A DNA stretch of 64,000 bases from an uncultured Pseudomonadota bacterium (lineage in GTDB: Bacteria > Pseudomonadota > Gammaproteobacteria > Burkholderiales > SG8-39). The position numbers were made by a program, and so were the translations under genes. Of this stretch, positions 1 to 9,992 are shown one piece after another (position 1 is the stretch's first letter; each line of letters starts with the position of its first letter). The stretch spans positions 205,902 through 269,901 of the forward strand of contig CAVTZJ010000003.1 of the NCBI GenBank assembly GCA_963739205.1, written 5' to 3'. Under the pieces are notes generated by a model that was given only the letters and a program-made list of their open reading frames with translations, was not told where the DNA came from and made no database searches.

Positions 1-1
1 A

Positions 2-502
2 ACCATCGTCGACCTGTCGCGCCTGCAGCTGGAGGCGGCCGTGCCGGCGAGCGAAATCGGCCGCGTGAAGGTCGGGCAGCCGGTGTCGTTCCGCGTCGAC
101 GGCTTCGGCGCGCGCGAGTTCGCCGGGCATATCGAGCGCATCAATCCTTCGACGATCGCCGGCTCGCGCTCGATCAACGTGTACGCGGTGATCGAGAACC
201 CGGAGGGGATGCTGCGCGGCGGCCTGTTCGCCCAGGGCGGCCTGACGCTCGAGCGCGTCGAAGGCGTGCTGCTGATCCCCGCGACGGCGCTGCGCGAGGA
301 GCTGGGCGAGCGCTTCGTCTACCTGCTCGCGGATGGCGTCGTGCGCAAGAGGCCGGTGAAGACCGGGCCCGCCGACGGCGCGGGGCGCGTGCAGGTGCTC
401 GCGGGCCTCACCGCCGGGGACCGCGTCGTGACGCGCGACCTGGGCGCGCTGCGCGAAGGCGCGCCCGCGCGCGTGCTGGACGACGCGCCGCGGCGGGACT
501 AG
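2..502 (+). CDS. RND efflux periplasmic adaptor (membrane fusion protein), 5'-truncated by the window edge
   Basis: Frame open from base 2 (TIVDLSRLQLEAAVPASEIGRVKVGQPV...). MFP C-terminal pattern with LRGGLFAQG and VLAGLTAGDRVV; lies directly upstream of an RND permease. Confidence 0.9.
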   Translation, partial: TIVDLSRLQLEAAVPASEIGRVKVGQPVSFRVDGFGAREFAGHIERINPSTIAGSRSINVYAVIENPEGMLRGGLFAQGGLTLERVEGVLLIPATALREELGERFVYLLADGVVRKRPVKTGPADGAGRVQVLAGLTAGDRVVTRDLGALREGAPARVLDDAPRRD

Positions 503-508
503 CGCCGC

Positions 509-3500
509 ATGTGGTTCACGCGCATCAGCATCGCCAATCCGGTTTTCGCGACCATGATGATGGCCGCGTTGCTGGTGCTGGGGGCCTTCTCCTACTCGCG
601 CCTGCCCGTCGAGCAGTTTCCCGACGTCAGCTTCCCGGTGGTGGTCGTCGAGACGCTCTACCCCGGGGCCTCGCCCGAGAACGTCGAGGAGGAGGTCACG
701 CGCAAGATCGAGGAGTCGGTAAACACCATCAGCGGCATCAAGACGCTCTCGTCCCGCTCCTACGAGGGGCGCTCGGTGGTCATCGTCGAGTTCGACCTGA
801 ACGTCGATCCCAAGCTCGCGGCGCAGGACGTGCGCGAGAAGATCGCCCTGATCCGCTCCGGCTTCCGCGATGAGATCAAGGAACCCAAGGTGAGCCGCTT
901 CAACCCGGACGATTTCCCGATCGCCTCGGTCGCCGTGACCTCGCCCACGCGCAGCCTGCGCGACCTGACCACGCTCGCCGACCAAGTGGTGAAGAAGCGG
1001 CTCGAGAACGTCGCCGGCGTCGGACAGGCGACGCTGGTCGGCGGTCTGATGCGCGAGATCCGCGTCGCGCTGCGCCTCGAGGACCTCGAGGCGCAGAAGG
1101 TCGGCGCCGACCAGGTGATCCAGGCGCTGCGCACCGAGAACCAGGAACTCCCCGCGGGCACGCTGGTAAGCCCGAGCCAGGAAAAGGTGGTGCAGATCAA
1201 GGCGCGCCTGGACACCGCGCAGGACTTCCGCAACCTGATCGTCGCGCGGCGCGGCGGCAGGGCGGTGACGCTGGGACAGCTCGCCGATGTCGAGGACGGC
1301 CAGCAGGACGAGGAAACCGCCGCCCTGATCAACGGCCGGCGCGCGCTGTCGATCGACATCGTCAAGGCGCAGGGCGAGAACACCATCGCGGTGGTCGACG
1401 GCGTGCGCGCCGCGGTGCGCGACATGCAGCGCTTCCTGCCGGCGGACGTCAAGGTCGAGATCGTGCGCGACGCCTCGACCGGCATCCGCAATTCGGTGGC
1501 CGACGTCAAGAGCACGCTCCTCGAGGGCGCCCTGCTCACCATCGCGATCGTGTTCCTGTTCCTCGCCTCCTGGCGCAGCACGGTGATCACCGGACTGACG
1601 CTGCCGATCGCGCTGATCGGCACGTTCCTGTTCATCTACGCGTTCGGCTTCACCCTGAACGTGCTTACGCTGATGGCGCTGTCGCTTTCGGTCGGCCTGC
1701 TGATCGACGACGCCATCGTGGTGCGGGAGAACATCGTGCGCCACGTCGCCTTGGGCGCCGACCACCACCACGCCGCACTCGAGGGCACGCGCGAGATCGG
1801 CCTCGCGGTGCTCGCCACGACTTTTTCCATCGTCGCCGTATTCCTGCCCGTCGGCTTCATGGGCGGCATCATCGGGCGCTTTTTCCACCAGTTCGGCCTG
1901 ACCGTGGTCGCTGCGGTGCTGATCTCGATGTTCGTGTCGTTCACCCTCGATCCGATGCTGTCGTCGATCTGGCACGACCCGCAGGCCGAAGGCCGCTACG
2001 GCAGCGGCCCGCTGGGCAGGCTGCTCGCGTGGTTTCACCGGCTCGTGGACCGCCTGTCCGAAGGCTACCGGCGGCTGCTGGGCTGGAGCCTCGCGCACCG
2101 CAAGACCGTGCTGGCGATCGCCGCAACGAGCTTTCTCGCCAGTTTTCCGCTCATGAAATTCGTCGGCACCGAGTTCGTGCCCGAGCCCGACCTGTCCGAG
2201 CTGCAGGTGCAGTTCAAGACCCCGGTCGGCTCATCGCTGGAACTGACGCAGGCCAAGGCGCAGCAGGCGGAAAGCGCGCTGCGCGAATTTCCGGAGGTCC
2301 GCTACACCTACACCACCATCAACACCGGCGTCGTGCAGGGCAAGAACCGGGTGAACGTGTTCGTGCAGCTGGTGCCGCGCAACGAGCGCAAACGCTCCCA
2401 GGAAGCGCTCACGCGGCCGATGCGCGAGCGCCTGTCGCGCATCGCCGGAATCGAGCTCACCCAGATCGGTGCCTACAAGTCGGTATCGAGCGGCAAGCCG
2501 CTGCAGGTCTCGATCCTCGGCCAGGACAAGGCCGTGATCGCGAGGCTCGGACGCCAAGTGATGAAGACGATGCGCGCCGTGCCCGGCGCGGTCGACGTCG
2601 AGTCGAGCGACGAGGCGCCCAAGCCCGAGATCTCGGTGGAGGTCAAGCGCGAGCTCGCGAGCGACCTCGGGGTCGGCGTGGGCCAGGTCGCCTCGACCCT
2701 GCGGCCGCTGCTCGCGGGCCAGGCGGTCGGCAACTGGCGCGCCCCGGACGACCAGTACTACGACGTGCAGGTGCGCCTAGGCCGCAGCGAGCGCGCGCAG
2801 GTGGCGGACCTGGCGCGCGTGCCGCTCGCCTCGGGGCGCCTGGACACCGACGGCAATCCGAAGATGGTCACGCTGCGCGAGATCGCCAGCGTGCGCGAGA
2901 GCGCCGGGGCGCAGCAGATCAACCGCAAGGAGCAGCTGCGCGAGGTGCTGGTGACCGGAAACGTATTCAACCGGCCCGCGGGCGACGTCGCCAAGGATCT
3001 CAAGGCGAAGATCGACCGCATCCCCCTGCCGCCGGGCTACCGCTTCTCGATGGGAGGATCGTCCAAGGACATCCAAGAGTCGATGTCCTACGCCAGCCAG
3101 GCGCTCGCCCTCGCCGTCATCTTCATCTACCTAATCCTCGCCTCGCAGTTCGCGAGCTTCATGCAGCCTGCCGCGATCATGGTGTCTCTGCCGCTGTCGC
3201 TGATCGGCGTGGTGCTCGCGCTGATCGTGGCGCGCTCGACGCTCAACATCTTCTCCATCATCGGCTTCATCATGCTGATGGGGTTGGTCACCAAGAATGC
3301 CATCCTGCTCGTCGATTTCGTCAACCAGGGGCGCCGCGAAGGCCTCGCGCGCGCCGAGGCCGTCGTGCGCGCGGGCGCGGTGCGGCTGCGCCCGATTCTC
3401 ATGACCACGCTCGCGATGATCTTCGGCATGATTCCGCTCGCGCTCGGCCTGGGCGAAGGCGGCGAGCAACGCGCACCGATGGGCCAGGCGGTGATCGGCG

Positions 3501-3628
3501 GCGTGATCACCTCCAGCCTGCTGACGCTGATCGTGGTGCCGGTGATCTACACCTACCTTGACGACCTCGCGGCCTGGCTGCGCCGGCGGCACCAGGCCGG
3601 CCGCCGCGGGTCCGCTTTGGTAAACTAG
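509..3628 (+). CDS. RND efflux permease, AcrB/AcrD/AcrF (HAE1-like) family
   Basis: 1039 aa. N-terminal ISIANPVFATM..LPVEQFPDVSFPVV, TM4 motif GLLIDDAIVVRENI, TM10 GLVTKNAILLVDF, RLRPILMTT. Confidence 0.97.
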   Translation: MWFTRISIANPVFATMMMAALLVLGAFSYSRLPVEQFPDVSFPVVVVETLYPGASPENVEEEVTRKIEESVNTISGIKTLSSRSYEGRSVVIVEFDLNVDPKLAAQDVREKIALIRSGFRDEIKEPKVSRFNPDDFPIASVAVTSPTRSLRDLTTLADQVVKKRLENVAGVGQATLVGGLMREIRVALRLEDLEAQKVGADQVIQALRTENQELPAGTLVSPSQEKVVQIKARLDTAQDFRNLIVARRGGRAVTLGQLADVEDGQQDEETAALINGRRALSIDIVKAQGENTIAVVDGVRAAVRDMQRFLPADVKVEIVRDASTGIRNSVADVKSTLLEGALLTIAIVFLFLASWRSTVITGLTLPIALIGTFLFIYAFGFTLNVLTLMALSLSVGLLIDDAIVVRENIVRHVALGADHHHAALEGTREIGLAVLATTFSIVAVFLPVGFMGGIIGRFFHQFGLTVVAAVLISMFVSFTLDPMLSSIWHDPQAEGRYGSGPLGRLLAWFHRLVDRLSEGYRRLLGWSLAHRKTVLAIAATSFLASFPLMKFVGTEFVPEPDLSELQVQFKTPVGSSLELTQAKAQQAESALREFPEVRYTYTTINTGVVQGKNRVNVFVQLVPRNERKRSQEALTRPMRERLSRIAGIELTQIGAYKSVSSGKPLQVSILGQDKAVIARLGRQVMKTMRAVPGAVDVESSDEAPKPEISVEVKRELASDLGVGVGQVASTLRPLLAGQAVGNWRAPDDQYYDVQVRLGRSERAQVADLARVPLASGRLDTDGNPKMVTLREIASVRESAGAQQINRKEQLREVLVTGNVFNRPAGDVAKDLKAKIDRIPLPPGYRFSMGGSSKDIQESMSYASQALALAVIFIYLILASQFASFMQPAAIMVSLPLSLIGVVLALIVARSTLNIFSIIGFIMLMGLVTKNAILLVDFVNQGRREGLARAEAVVRAGAVRLRPILMTTLAMIFGMIPLALGLGEGGEQRAPMGQAVIGGVITSSLLTLIVVPVIYTYLDDLAAWLRRRHQAGRRGSALVN
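3618..3626 (+). promoter_or_regulatory. Putative extended -10 promoter (TGG-TAAACT) for pcm-rhodanese-tolC
   Basis: TGnTAAACT overlaps the RND permease stop codon, about 33 nt before the pcm ATG. AT-rich hexamer in a very GC-rich background. Confidence 0.45.
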
Positions 3629-3659
3629 CGGCCCCTCGCACGCAATCCGCCGTGGCCCC

Positions 3660-4313
3660 ATGAATTTCGAACAGGCCCGCTTCAACATGGTCGAGCAGCA
3701 GATCAGGCCCTGGGACGTGCTCGACCAGGACGTGCTCGACTTGCTCTACGTCGTGCCGCGCGAAGAGTTCGTGCCCGAAGCCTGCCGCACGCTCGCCTTC
3801 AGCGACATGGAGATTCCGATCGGCGAAGGCGAGAGCATGTGGCCGCCGAAGATCGAGGCACGCGCACTGCAGGAGCTCGCGGTGCGCAAGACGGACCGCG
3901 TGCTCGAAGTGGGTACCGGCAGCGGCTACCTGACGGCGCTGCTCGCGCACCGCGCGGGGCACGTGGTCTCGGTCGAGATCAAGCCGGCCCTTGCCGCTTT
4001 CGGACGGCGCAATCTCGAGCGGCACGGCGTCGACAACGTCACCCTCGAGCAGGGCGACGCGGCGCGCGGCTGGGCGGCGCATGCCCCCTACGATGTGATC
4101 GTGCTGACCGGCTCGACGCCGGTGCTGCCCAAGGCCTTTCTCGAGCAGCTCGCCCCCGGCGGGCGGCTGTTCGCGGTGGTCGGCGACGCGCCGATCATGG
4201 AAGCAAAGCTGATCACCTGCGTGGCGCCCGGCGCCTACCGCAGCGTCGATGCGTTCGAGACCGTGCTTGCGCCCCTGGTCAACGCGGAGCAGCCGCCCCG
4301 CTTTCGTTTCTAG
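3660..4313 (+). CDS. pcm: Protein-L-isoaspartate O-methyltransferase
   Basis: 217 aa. MNFEQARFNMVEQQIRPWDVLD, VLEVGTGSGY SAM motif, APYDVIVLTGS. Confidence 0.93.
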   Translation: MNFEQARFNMVEQQIRPWDVLDQDVLDLLYVVPREEFVPEACRTLAFSDMEIPIGEGESMWPPKIEARALQELAVRKTDRVLEVGTGSGYLTALLAHRAGHVVSVEIKPALAAFGRRNLERHGVDNVTLEQGDAARGWAAHAPYDVIVLTGSTPVLPKAFLEQLAPGGRLFAVVGDAPIMEAKLITCVAPGAYRSVDAFETVLAPLVNAEQPPRFRF

Positions 4314-4637
4314 ATGACCCAGATCTCGCCCTCGGAGCTGCGCGCCTGGCTCACCGACCCGTCTCGGCCGAAGCCGCAGTTGCTCGACGTGCGCGAGCCG
4401 TGGGAATTCCGCACCTGCCGCATCGACGAATCGCTGCCGATGCCGATGCGCGAGATCCCAGCGCGCATCGCCGAACTGAAGCCCGGGGCCGACACGGTGG
4501 TCATATGCCATCACGGCGCGCGCAGCATGCACGCGGCGTACTTCCTCGAGCGACAGGGTTTCGATAGCGTCTACAACCTGGCCGGCGGGGTCGACGCGTG
4601 GGCGCGCACCGTCGATCCTGCCATGCCCGTCTATTGA
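4314..4637 (+). CDS. Single-domain rhodanese-like sulfurtransferase
   Basis: 107 aa. LLDVREPWEF, active-site loop ICHHGARS, NLAGGVDAW. Confidence 0.92.
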   Translation: MTQISPSELRAWLTDPSRPKPQLLDVREPWEFRTCRIDESLPMPMREIPARIAELKPGADTVVICHHGARSMHAAYFLERQGFDSVYNLAGGVDAWARTVDPAMPVY

Positions 4638-4650
4638 GAGAGGTCGACAC

Positions 4651-5985
4651 ATGAAGCGTTCGCTCCTCGCCCTCACGCTCGCCGTCGCCGCCGCGCTACC
4701 GTGCGGCGCCCAGGCCGAAGACCTGTTGCAGGTGTACCGCGACGCGCGCAGCTACGACGCGCAGTACGCCGCGGCACGCTTTGCGCTCGAGGCCGGGCGC
4801 GAGAAGCTGCCGCAGGGCAGGGCGCTCGTGCTGCCGACCCTGAACCTCACGGGCAGCGCGACCGACACCAACACCGACTTCCAGTCGGACAACCCGACGC
4901 TCAACCCGAGCTTCAACCGCGACGCGCGCGCCTACGGCGCCACGCTCAACTTCTCGCAGCCGATCTACCGCAAGCAGAACTTCATCCAGTACGACGAGGC
5001 CGGCTACCAGGTCAAGCAGGCCGAGGCGAGCTTCTCGCAGGCCAGCCAGGATCTCATCTTGCGCGTCGCGCAGGCCTACTTCGACGTGCTCGGCGCGCAG
5101 GACACGCTCGAGCTGGTGCGCGCGCAGAAGGCAGCGATTTCCGAGCAGCTTGCGCAGGCAAAGCGCAACTTCGAGGTGGGAACCGCGACCATTACCGACA
5201 CGCACGAGGCGCAGGCGCGCTACGACCTCTCCGTATCGCAGGAGATCTCGGCGCAGAACGACCTGGACGTGAAGAAGCGCACGCTGCAGCAGTTCGCGGG
5301 CAAGGAGTACACCGCGCTCACGCCGCTGCGCCCCGACGTGAAGCTCACGATGCCTACGCCGAACGACATGCAGTCCTGGGTCGATATGGCGGAGAAGCAG
5401 AGCTACGCGGTGCAGGTGCAGGATTCGCTCACCGAGATCGCCAGGCTGGAGGCGGACCGCAACCAGGCCGGCCATTACCCCACGCTCGACTTTATCGCGA
5501 GCTACGGCTACCTCGACCAGAACGGCACGCTGTTCACGCCGATCGGCAGTAAGGTGACGAGCGGGCAGGTCGGCGTGCAGCTCGGCCTGCCGATCTACCA
5601 GGGCGGCTCGATCAGCTCGCACGCGCGCGAAGCGGCGTTCAACTACGACAAGGCGAAGCAGGACCTGCAGAATGCGCGGCGCAGCTCGGCGCTCGCAGCG
5701 CAGCAGGCCTTCCTCGCCTCGGTCAACGGTGTCGCGCAGGTGAACGCGCTCGAGCAGGCGCTCGTGTCCTCGAAGAGCGCCCTCGATTCGAACAAGCTCG
5801 GCTACGAGGTCGGCGTGCGCATCAACATCGACGTGCTGAACGCGCAACAGCAGCTCTATCAGACGCGCCGCGACCTGGCGCTCGCGCGCTACACCCTTAT
5901 CACCAGCCGCCTCAAGCTGCAGGCCGCAGGGGGCATCCTGTCCGAGCAAGACCTCGAACGCGTCAACGCGGTGTTGGCGCCCTGA
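4651..5985 (+). CDS. tolC: TolC-family outer membrane channel
   Basis: 444 aa with signal peptide. EDLLQVY, RNFEVGTATITD, GYEVGVRINIDVLNAQQQL; usual pcm-rhodanese-tolC synteny. Confidence 0.95.
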   Translation: MKRSLLALTLAVAAALPCGAQAEDLLQVYRDARSYDAQYAAARFALEAGREKLPQGRALVLPTLNLTGSATDTNTDFQSDNPTLNPSFNRDARAYGATLNFSQPIYRKQNFIQYDEAGYQVKQAEASFSQASQDLILRVAQAYFDVLGAQDTLELVRAQKAAISEQLAQAKRNFEVGTATITDTHEAQARYDLSVSQEISAQNDLDVKKRTLQQFAGKEYTALTPLRPDVKLTMPTPNDMQSWVDMAEKQSYAVQVQDSLTEIARLEADRNQAGHYPTLDFIASYGYLDQNGTLFTPIGSKVTSGQVGVQLGLPIYQGGSISSHAREAAFNYDKAKQDLQNARRSSALAAQQAFLASVNGVAQVNALEQALVSSKSALDSNKLGYEVGVRINIDVLNAQQQLYQTRRDLALARYTLITSRLKLQAAGGILSEQDLERVNAVLAP

Positions 5986-7231
5986 GCAGGATGCGCGCCA
6001 CCGTCAGGTGGCGCTCGGTGGCGCCGCGGTGCGTGGCGCACATGCGCATGCCCGCGAGCGCCATGGCCGCGCGCCGGTCCGCAGAGGCAAGCAGGTCCCG
6101 CGCCGTACGCACCGCCTCGGCGGCGTTCGCGACCTGGATGGCCGCGCCCGCCTCGACCGCGAGCCGTGTCGCATCCGCGAAATTGAACATGTGCGGCCCG
6201 ACGATTGCCGGCACACCCGCGGCGCAGGCCTCGATCAGATTCTGCCCGCCGAGCGGCCGGAACGAGCCGCCGATGATCGCGACCGTCGCGAGCGCGTAGT
6301 AGAAGGGCATCTCGCCCATCGTGTCCCCGAGCAGGATGCGCCGTCCGGCGTGCGGCGCTTCGCCGAGGCTGCGGCGCGCGACCTTCAAGCCGCGCGCCGC
6401 GAGCAGCTCGGCTACGGCGTCGAAGCGCTTCTGGTGTCGCGGCACGATGGCGATCAGCGCTCCGTCGTCCTTGTCGCCAAATGCATCGAGCAGCATCTTT
6501 TCTTCGCCCTCGCGCGTACTGGCGAGCAGGAGCACGTGCCGCCCGCGCAGCGCCGCCATGAGGGCGCGGCCTTCCTCGACCTTCGCGGCGTCTGGCTGCA
6601 CGTCGAATTTGAGATTGCCGCAGACGATCATCTTTCCGGCGCCCAGCGCGCGCAGGCGCCGGGCGGCGACCCGGTCCTGGGCGCAGACGGCCGCAAAGCT
6701 ATCGAAGGCAGGCCGCGTCAGCGCAGCGAAGCGCCGGTAGCCGCGCGCCGACTGGCGCGACATGCGCGCGTTGGCGAGCATCACCGGCACGCCCCGCGCG
6801 CGGCAGACTGCAAGCATGTTGGGCCACACCTCGGTCTCCATCATGATGCCGAGCGCCGGCCGGAAGTGCTTGAGGAAGCGCCGCATCGCCCCGGGCAGGT
6901 CGTATGGCAGATAGGCGCACAGCACTGAGTCGCCGTAGACCTGCTGCACCGTGTCGCGCCCTGCCGCGGTCATGCAAGTCACAAGCACCGCGTGATCCGG
7001 GTAGCGCCTTTGCAGGGCGCGCACCAGCGGCGACGCGGCGCGCGTCTCGCCCACCGAGACTGCGTGCAGCCAGATGACCCTGCGCGCCGGGCGCTCGGCG
7101 TATCGCCCCAGGCGCTCGCCGACGTGCCTGCGGTAGCCCGGCTCGCGCAGTCCGCGCCACCACAGCCGCGCGAGCGCGAATGGCAGCGCGAGCCACAACA
7201 TCAGCGTGTAGAGTCCGCGCGTGCTCAGCAC
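5963..7231 (-). CDS. waaA: Kdo transferase (3-deoxy-D-manno-octulosonic acid transferase)
   Basis: IWLHAVSVGET, METEVWPN, CGNLKFD, LGDTMGEM, GGQNLIEA motifs. GTG start overlaps the waaC stop. Confidence 0.97.
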   Translation of the reverse strand: MLSTRGLYTLMLWLALPFALARLWWRGLREPGYRRHVGERLGRYAERPARRVIWLHAVSVGETRAASPLVRALQRRYPDHAVLVTCMTAAGRDTVQQVYGDSVLCAYLPYDLPGAMRRFLKHFRPALGIMMETEVWPNMLAVCRARGVPVMLANARMSRQSARGYRRFAALTRPAFDSFAAVCAQDRVAARRLRALGAGKMIVCGNLKFDVQPDAAKVEEGRALMAALRGRHVLLLASTREGEEKMLLDAFGDKDDGALIAIVPRHQKRFDAVAELLAARGLKVARRSLGEAPHAGRRILLGDTMGEMPFYYALATVAIIGGSFRPLGGQNLIEACAAGVPAIVGPHMFNFADATRLAVEAGAAIQVANAAEAVRTARDLLASADRRAAMALAGMRMCATHRGATERHLTVARILLRAPTPR

Positions 7232-8172
7232 AGGCGCTCCAGGGCCGCGAGCACCTCTCCGGCGGCAGGCGGCGCGCCGGGCCCGCCGAGGTTCTTCGTG
7301 CGCGCGCCGTAGAGCCCGGTCAGTTCGGAATCTGAGCCGCAGTAGATGCCCACGGTCGGCACACCCAGGGCCACCGCGAGATGCGCAAGGCCGGTATCGA
7401 CTCCCGCCGCGCAGCGCGCCGCGCCGAGCACGCCAGCGAGCTCCGCGAGCGGCATGCGCGGCGGCACGGAAGCGCCTTCGATCCCGGCGGCGACGCGCTC
7501 GCAGCGCGCGTGCTCAGCCTCGCTGCCCCACGGCAGGAGCAGCCGCAGCCCGCGCGCCGCAAGCCCGCGGCCGAGCTCGCGCCAGCGCTCCTCGGCCCAA
7601 AGCTTCTCTGCGCGGCTGGTCATGCTGAGCAGCACTGCATAAGCTCCTTCGGGCGCTTTGCCGGTCGGCCGACCAGCGACGAGGCCATAGTCACAAGGGC
7701 CCTGCAAAGTGTAGCCGAGAGCGGAAGCGCAAAGCTGCCGGTTGCGCTCGACGGCGTGCAGCACGCGCGGCACGCGGTGGCGGCGGTGGTAGAAGCGCGC
7801 CGCGAGCGGCTCGCGCGCGCTCTCGCGGTCCAGCCCGTGCCGCTCCCCCTTTGCGAGCGCCGCGATCGCCGCGCTCTTCATGAGCCCCTGCGTGTCGACC
7901 ACGTAGTCGTAGCGCTCCGCGGCGAGCGCGCGACGGAACGTGCTGATCTCGCGCCACACGGCCGGGTTCCACGCGCGCGCGCGCCAGCGGCGCAGCGCCA
8001 CGGGGATCACCCGCCGCACGTTGCGATGCATCGCGGCGACCGCGGCGAAGCTCTCTTCGACCACCCAGTCGATCGCCGCGCCAGGCAGCGCCCGCGCGGC
8101 GTCGCTCACCGCGGGACAGTGATGCACGACGTCGCCGAGCGAGGAGGTCTTCACGAAGAGGATGCGGGGCAT
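7225..8172 (-). CDS. waaC: LPS heptosyltransferase I (GT9)
   Basis: ILFVKTSSLGDVVH, DWVVEESF, DTQGLMKSA, GVDTGLAHLA; directly upstream of waaA. Confidence 0.95.
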   Translation of the reverse strand: MPRILFVKTSSLGDVVHHCPAVSDAARALPGAAIDWVVEESFAAVAAMHRNVRRVIPVALRRWRARAWNPAVWREISTFRRALAAERYDYVVDTQGLMKSAAIAALAKGERHGLDRESAREPLAARFYHRRHRVPRVLHAVERNRQLCASALGYTLQGPCDYGLVAGRPTGKAPEGAYAVLLSMTSRAEKLWAEERWRELGRGLAARGLRLLLPWGSEAEHARCERVAAGIEGASVPPRMPLAELAGVLGAARCAAGVDTGLAHLAVALGVPTVGIYCGSDSELTGLYGARTKNLGGPGAPPAAGEVLAALERLC

Positions 8173-8179
8173 GGTCGGC

Positions 8180-8201
8180 TAGAATACGGCCGCCGATTCT
8201 A
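8180..8201. promoter_or_regulatory. Overlapping divergent promoters: two facing TAGAAT -10 boxes
   Basis: TAGAAT at 8180-8185 (+) and ATTCTA at 8196-8201 (TAGAAT on -) in the 42-nt gap between divergent waaC and the GT2 gene. Confidence 0.6.
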
Positions 8202-8214
8202 CGGGATAACCCAC

Positions 8215-8985
8215 TTGAGCACCGGCGTCCGCGCCCCCGTCTCCGCCGTCCTCGTCACGCGCAACGCGGCCACCCAGCTCGGTGCCTGCCTGGAGAGCGC
8301 TGCCTTCGCCGACGAGATCGTGGTGGTCGACTCGGGCAGCGAGGACGCAACCTGCGAGGTCGCCGCGCGCCACGGCGCGCGCGTCGTGCACAAGGATTGG
8401 ATGGGCTTCGGCCGCCAGAAGCAATTCGCCGTCGAGCAGGCGCGGCACGACTGGGTGCTGTGCCTGGACGCCGACGAGCGCGTGTCCGAGCCGCTCGCCG
8501 CGAGCATCGCCGGCGCGCTCGCCGCGCCCGTGGCGCCCGTGTACCGCATGGCGCGCAGGAACCGTTTCCTCGGGAAGTGGCTTGCGCACGGCGAGGGCTA
8601 TCCGGACTGGAGCCCGCGCCTCTTTGACCGCCGCGAGGCGCGCTGGAGCGACGACCCGGTGCACGAGAAGGTGCTCTTCGCCGTCACTCCGGGCACGCTC
8701 GCGGGCGACCTGCTGCACGACTCGGCCGAGGACCTCGAAGCCTATCTCGTCAAGCAGAACCGCTACACGACGCTCGCCGCCGAGGAGCTGCTGGCGCGCG
8801 GGCGCGAGGCCGGCGCGGCGCACATGCTCTTTTCGCCCCTGGTGCGCTTCTTCAAGTTCTACATCCTGCGGCTCGGCTTCCTCGACGGCCTGCCGGGCCT
8901 GGTGCACATATCGATCGGCTGCATGAACAGCTACCTCAAGTACGCCAAGCTGATCGAACTGCGCAAGACGAAGAGGAACGCATGA
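8215..8985 (+). CDS. GT2 glycosyltransferase, WaaE/KdtX-like LPS core beta-glucosyltransferase
   Basis: TTG start inferred. VSAVLVTRNAA, DEIVVVDSGSED, GFGRQKQFA, WVLCLDADE, VHEKV, FYILRLGFLDGLPG; stop overlaps the next ATG (ATGA). Confidence 0.88.
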   Translation: MSTGVRAPVSAVLVTRNAATQLGACLESAAFADEIVVVDSGSEDATCEVAARHGARVVHKDWMGFGRQKQFAVEQARHDWVLCLDADERVSEPLAASIAGALAAPVAPVYRMARRNRFLGKWLAHGEGYPDWSPRLFDRREARWSDDPVHEKVLFAVTPGTLAGDLLHDSAEDLEAYLVKQNRYTTLAAEELLARGREAGAAHMLFSPLVRFFKFYILRLGFLDGLPGLVHISIGCMNSYLKYAKLIELRKTKRNA

Positions 8986-9992
8986 ACGTGCTCGTCACCG
9001 GCTGCGCCGGCTTCATCGGCATGCACTGCGCCAAGCGCCTGCTCGAACGCGGTGACGAGGTGACTGGCATCGACAATTTGTCGTCCTACTACCCGGTCAA
9101 GCTCAAGCGCGACCGGCTTGCGCAGCTGCGCGACCAGCGCGACTTCCGTTTCGAGCAGCTCGATCTGGCGGATGCCGAGGCGCTCGGCAAGCTCGTGGCG
9201 CGCCTCAAGCCCGACGCGGTGCTGCACCTCGCGGCCCAGCCGGGGGTGCGCTATGCGCTCGAGAACCCGGGCTCGTACGTGCAAGCCAACCTGGTCGGCT
9301 TCGCCAACCTGCTCGAAGCGCTGCGCCGCCAACCGCCCAAACACCTCGTTTACGCCTCGAGCTCGAGCGTCTACGGGGGCAACGCGCGGCTGCCGTGGTC
9401 CGAAGGCGACAACGTCGACCACCCGGTGAGCCTGTACGCCGCCAGCAAGAAGTCGAACGAGCTGATGGCGCACGTCTACAGTCACCTGTTCGCCATCCCC
9501 ATGACAGGGTTGCGCTACTTCACCGTGTACGGCCCCTGGGGTCGGCCCGACATGTCGCCCGCGCTGTTCGCGCACGCGATCATGGAAGGGCGGCCGATCA
9601 AGGTATTCAACCACGGCGACATGCAGCGCGACTTCACCTATGTCGACGACGTGGTCGAGGGCACGTTGCGCGTGCTGGACGACCCGGCGGCGCCCGACGC
9701 GGCCTTCGACTCGACCGCGCCCAACCCGGCGACCAGCTGGGCGCCGTGGCGCGTGCTGAACGTCGGCAACCACCAGCCGGTCGGGCTGCTCGATTACATC
9801 GCCATGCTCGAGCGCGCGCTCGGCCGCGTGGCGAAGAAGGAATTCGCGCCGATGCAGCCGGGCGACGTGCGCAGCACCTACGCCGACACGCGGCTGCTCG
9901 AGGGCGCGGTCGGCTTCTCGCCCGCGACGCCGCTCGAGGAAGGGCTGGCGCGCTTCGCGGAATGGTTCAAGCGCTACTACGGTTACGCCTGA
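8982..9992 (+). CDS. NAD-dependent epimerase, UDP-glucuronate 4-epimerase (Uge/WbnF-like)
   Basis: VLVTGCAGFIGMH, HLAAQPGVRY, YASSSSVYG, SLYAASKKSNE, YGPWGRPDM, PMQPGDV. Confidence 0.92.
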   Translation: MNVLVTGCAGFIGMHCAKRLLERGDEVTGIDNLSSYYPVKLKRDRLAQLRDQRDFRFEQLDLADAEALGKLVARLKPDAVLHLAAQPGVRYALENPGSYVQANLVGFANLLEALRRQPPKHLVYASSSSVYGGNARLPWSEGDNVDHPVSLYAASKKSNELMAHVYSHLFAIPMTGLRYFTVYGPWGRPDMSPALFAHAIMEGRPIKVFNHGDMQRDFTYVDDVVEGTLRVLDDPAAPDAAFDSTAPNPATSWAPWRVLNVGNHQPVGLLDYIAMLERALGRVAKKEFAPMQPGDVRSTYADTRLLEGAVGFSPATPLEEGLARFAEWFKRYYGYA

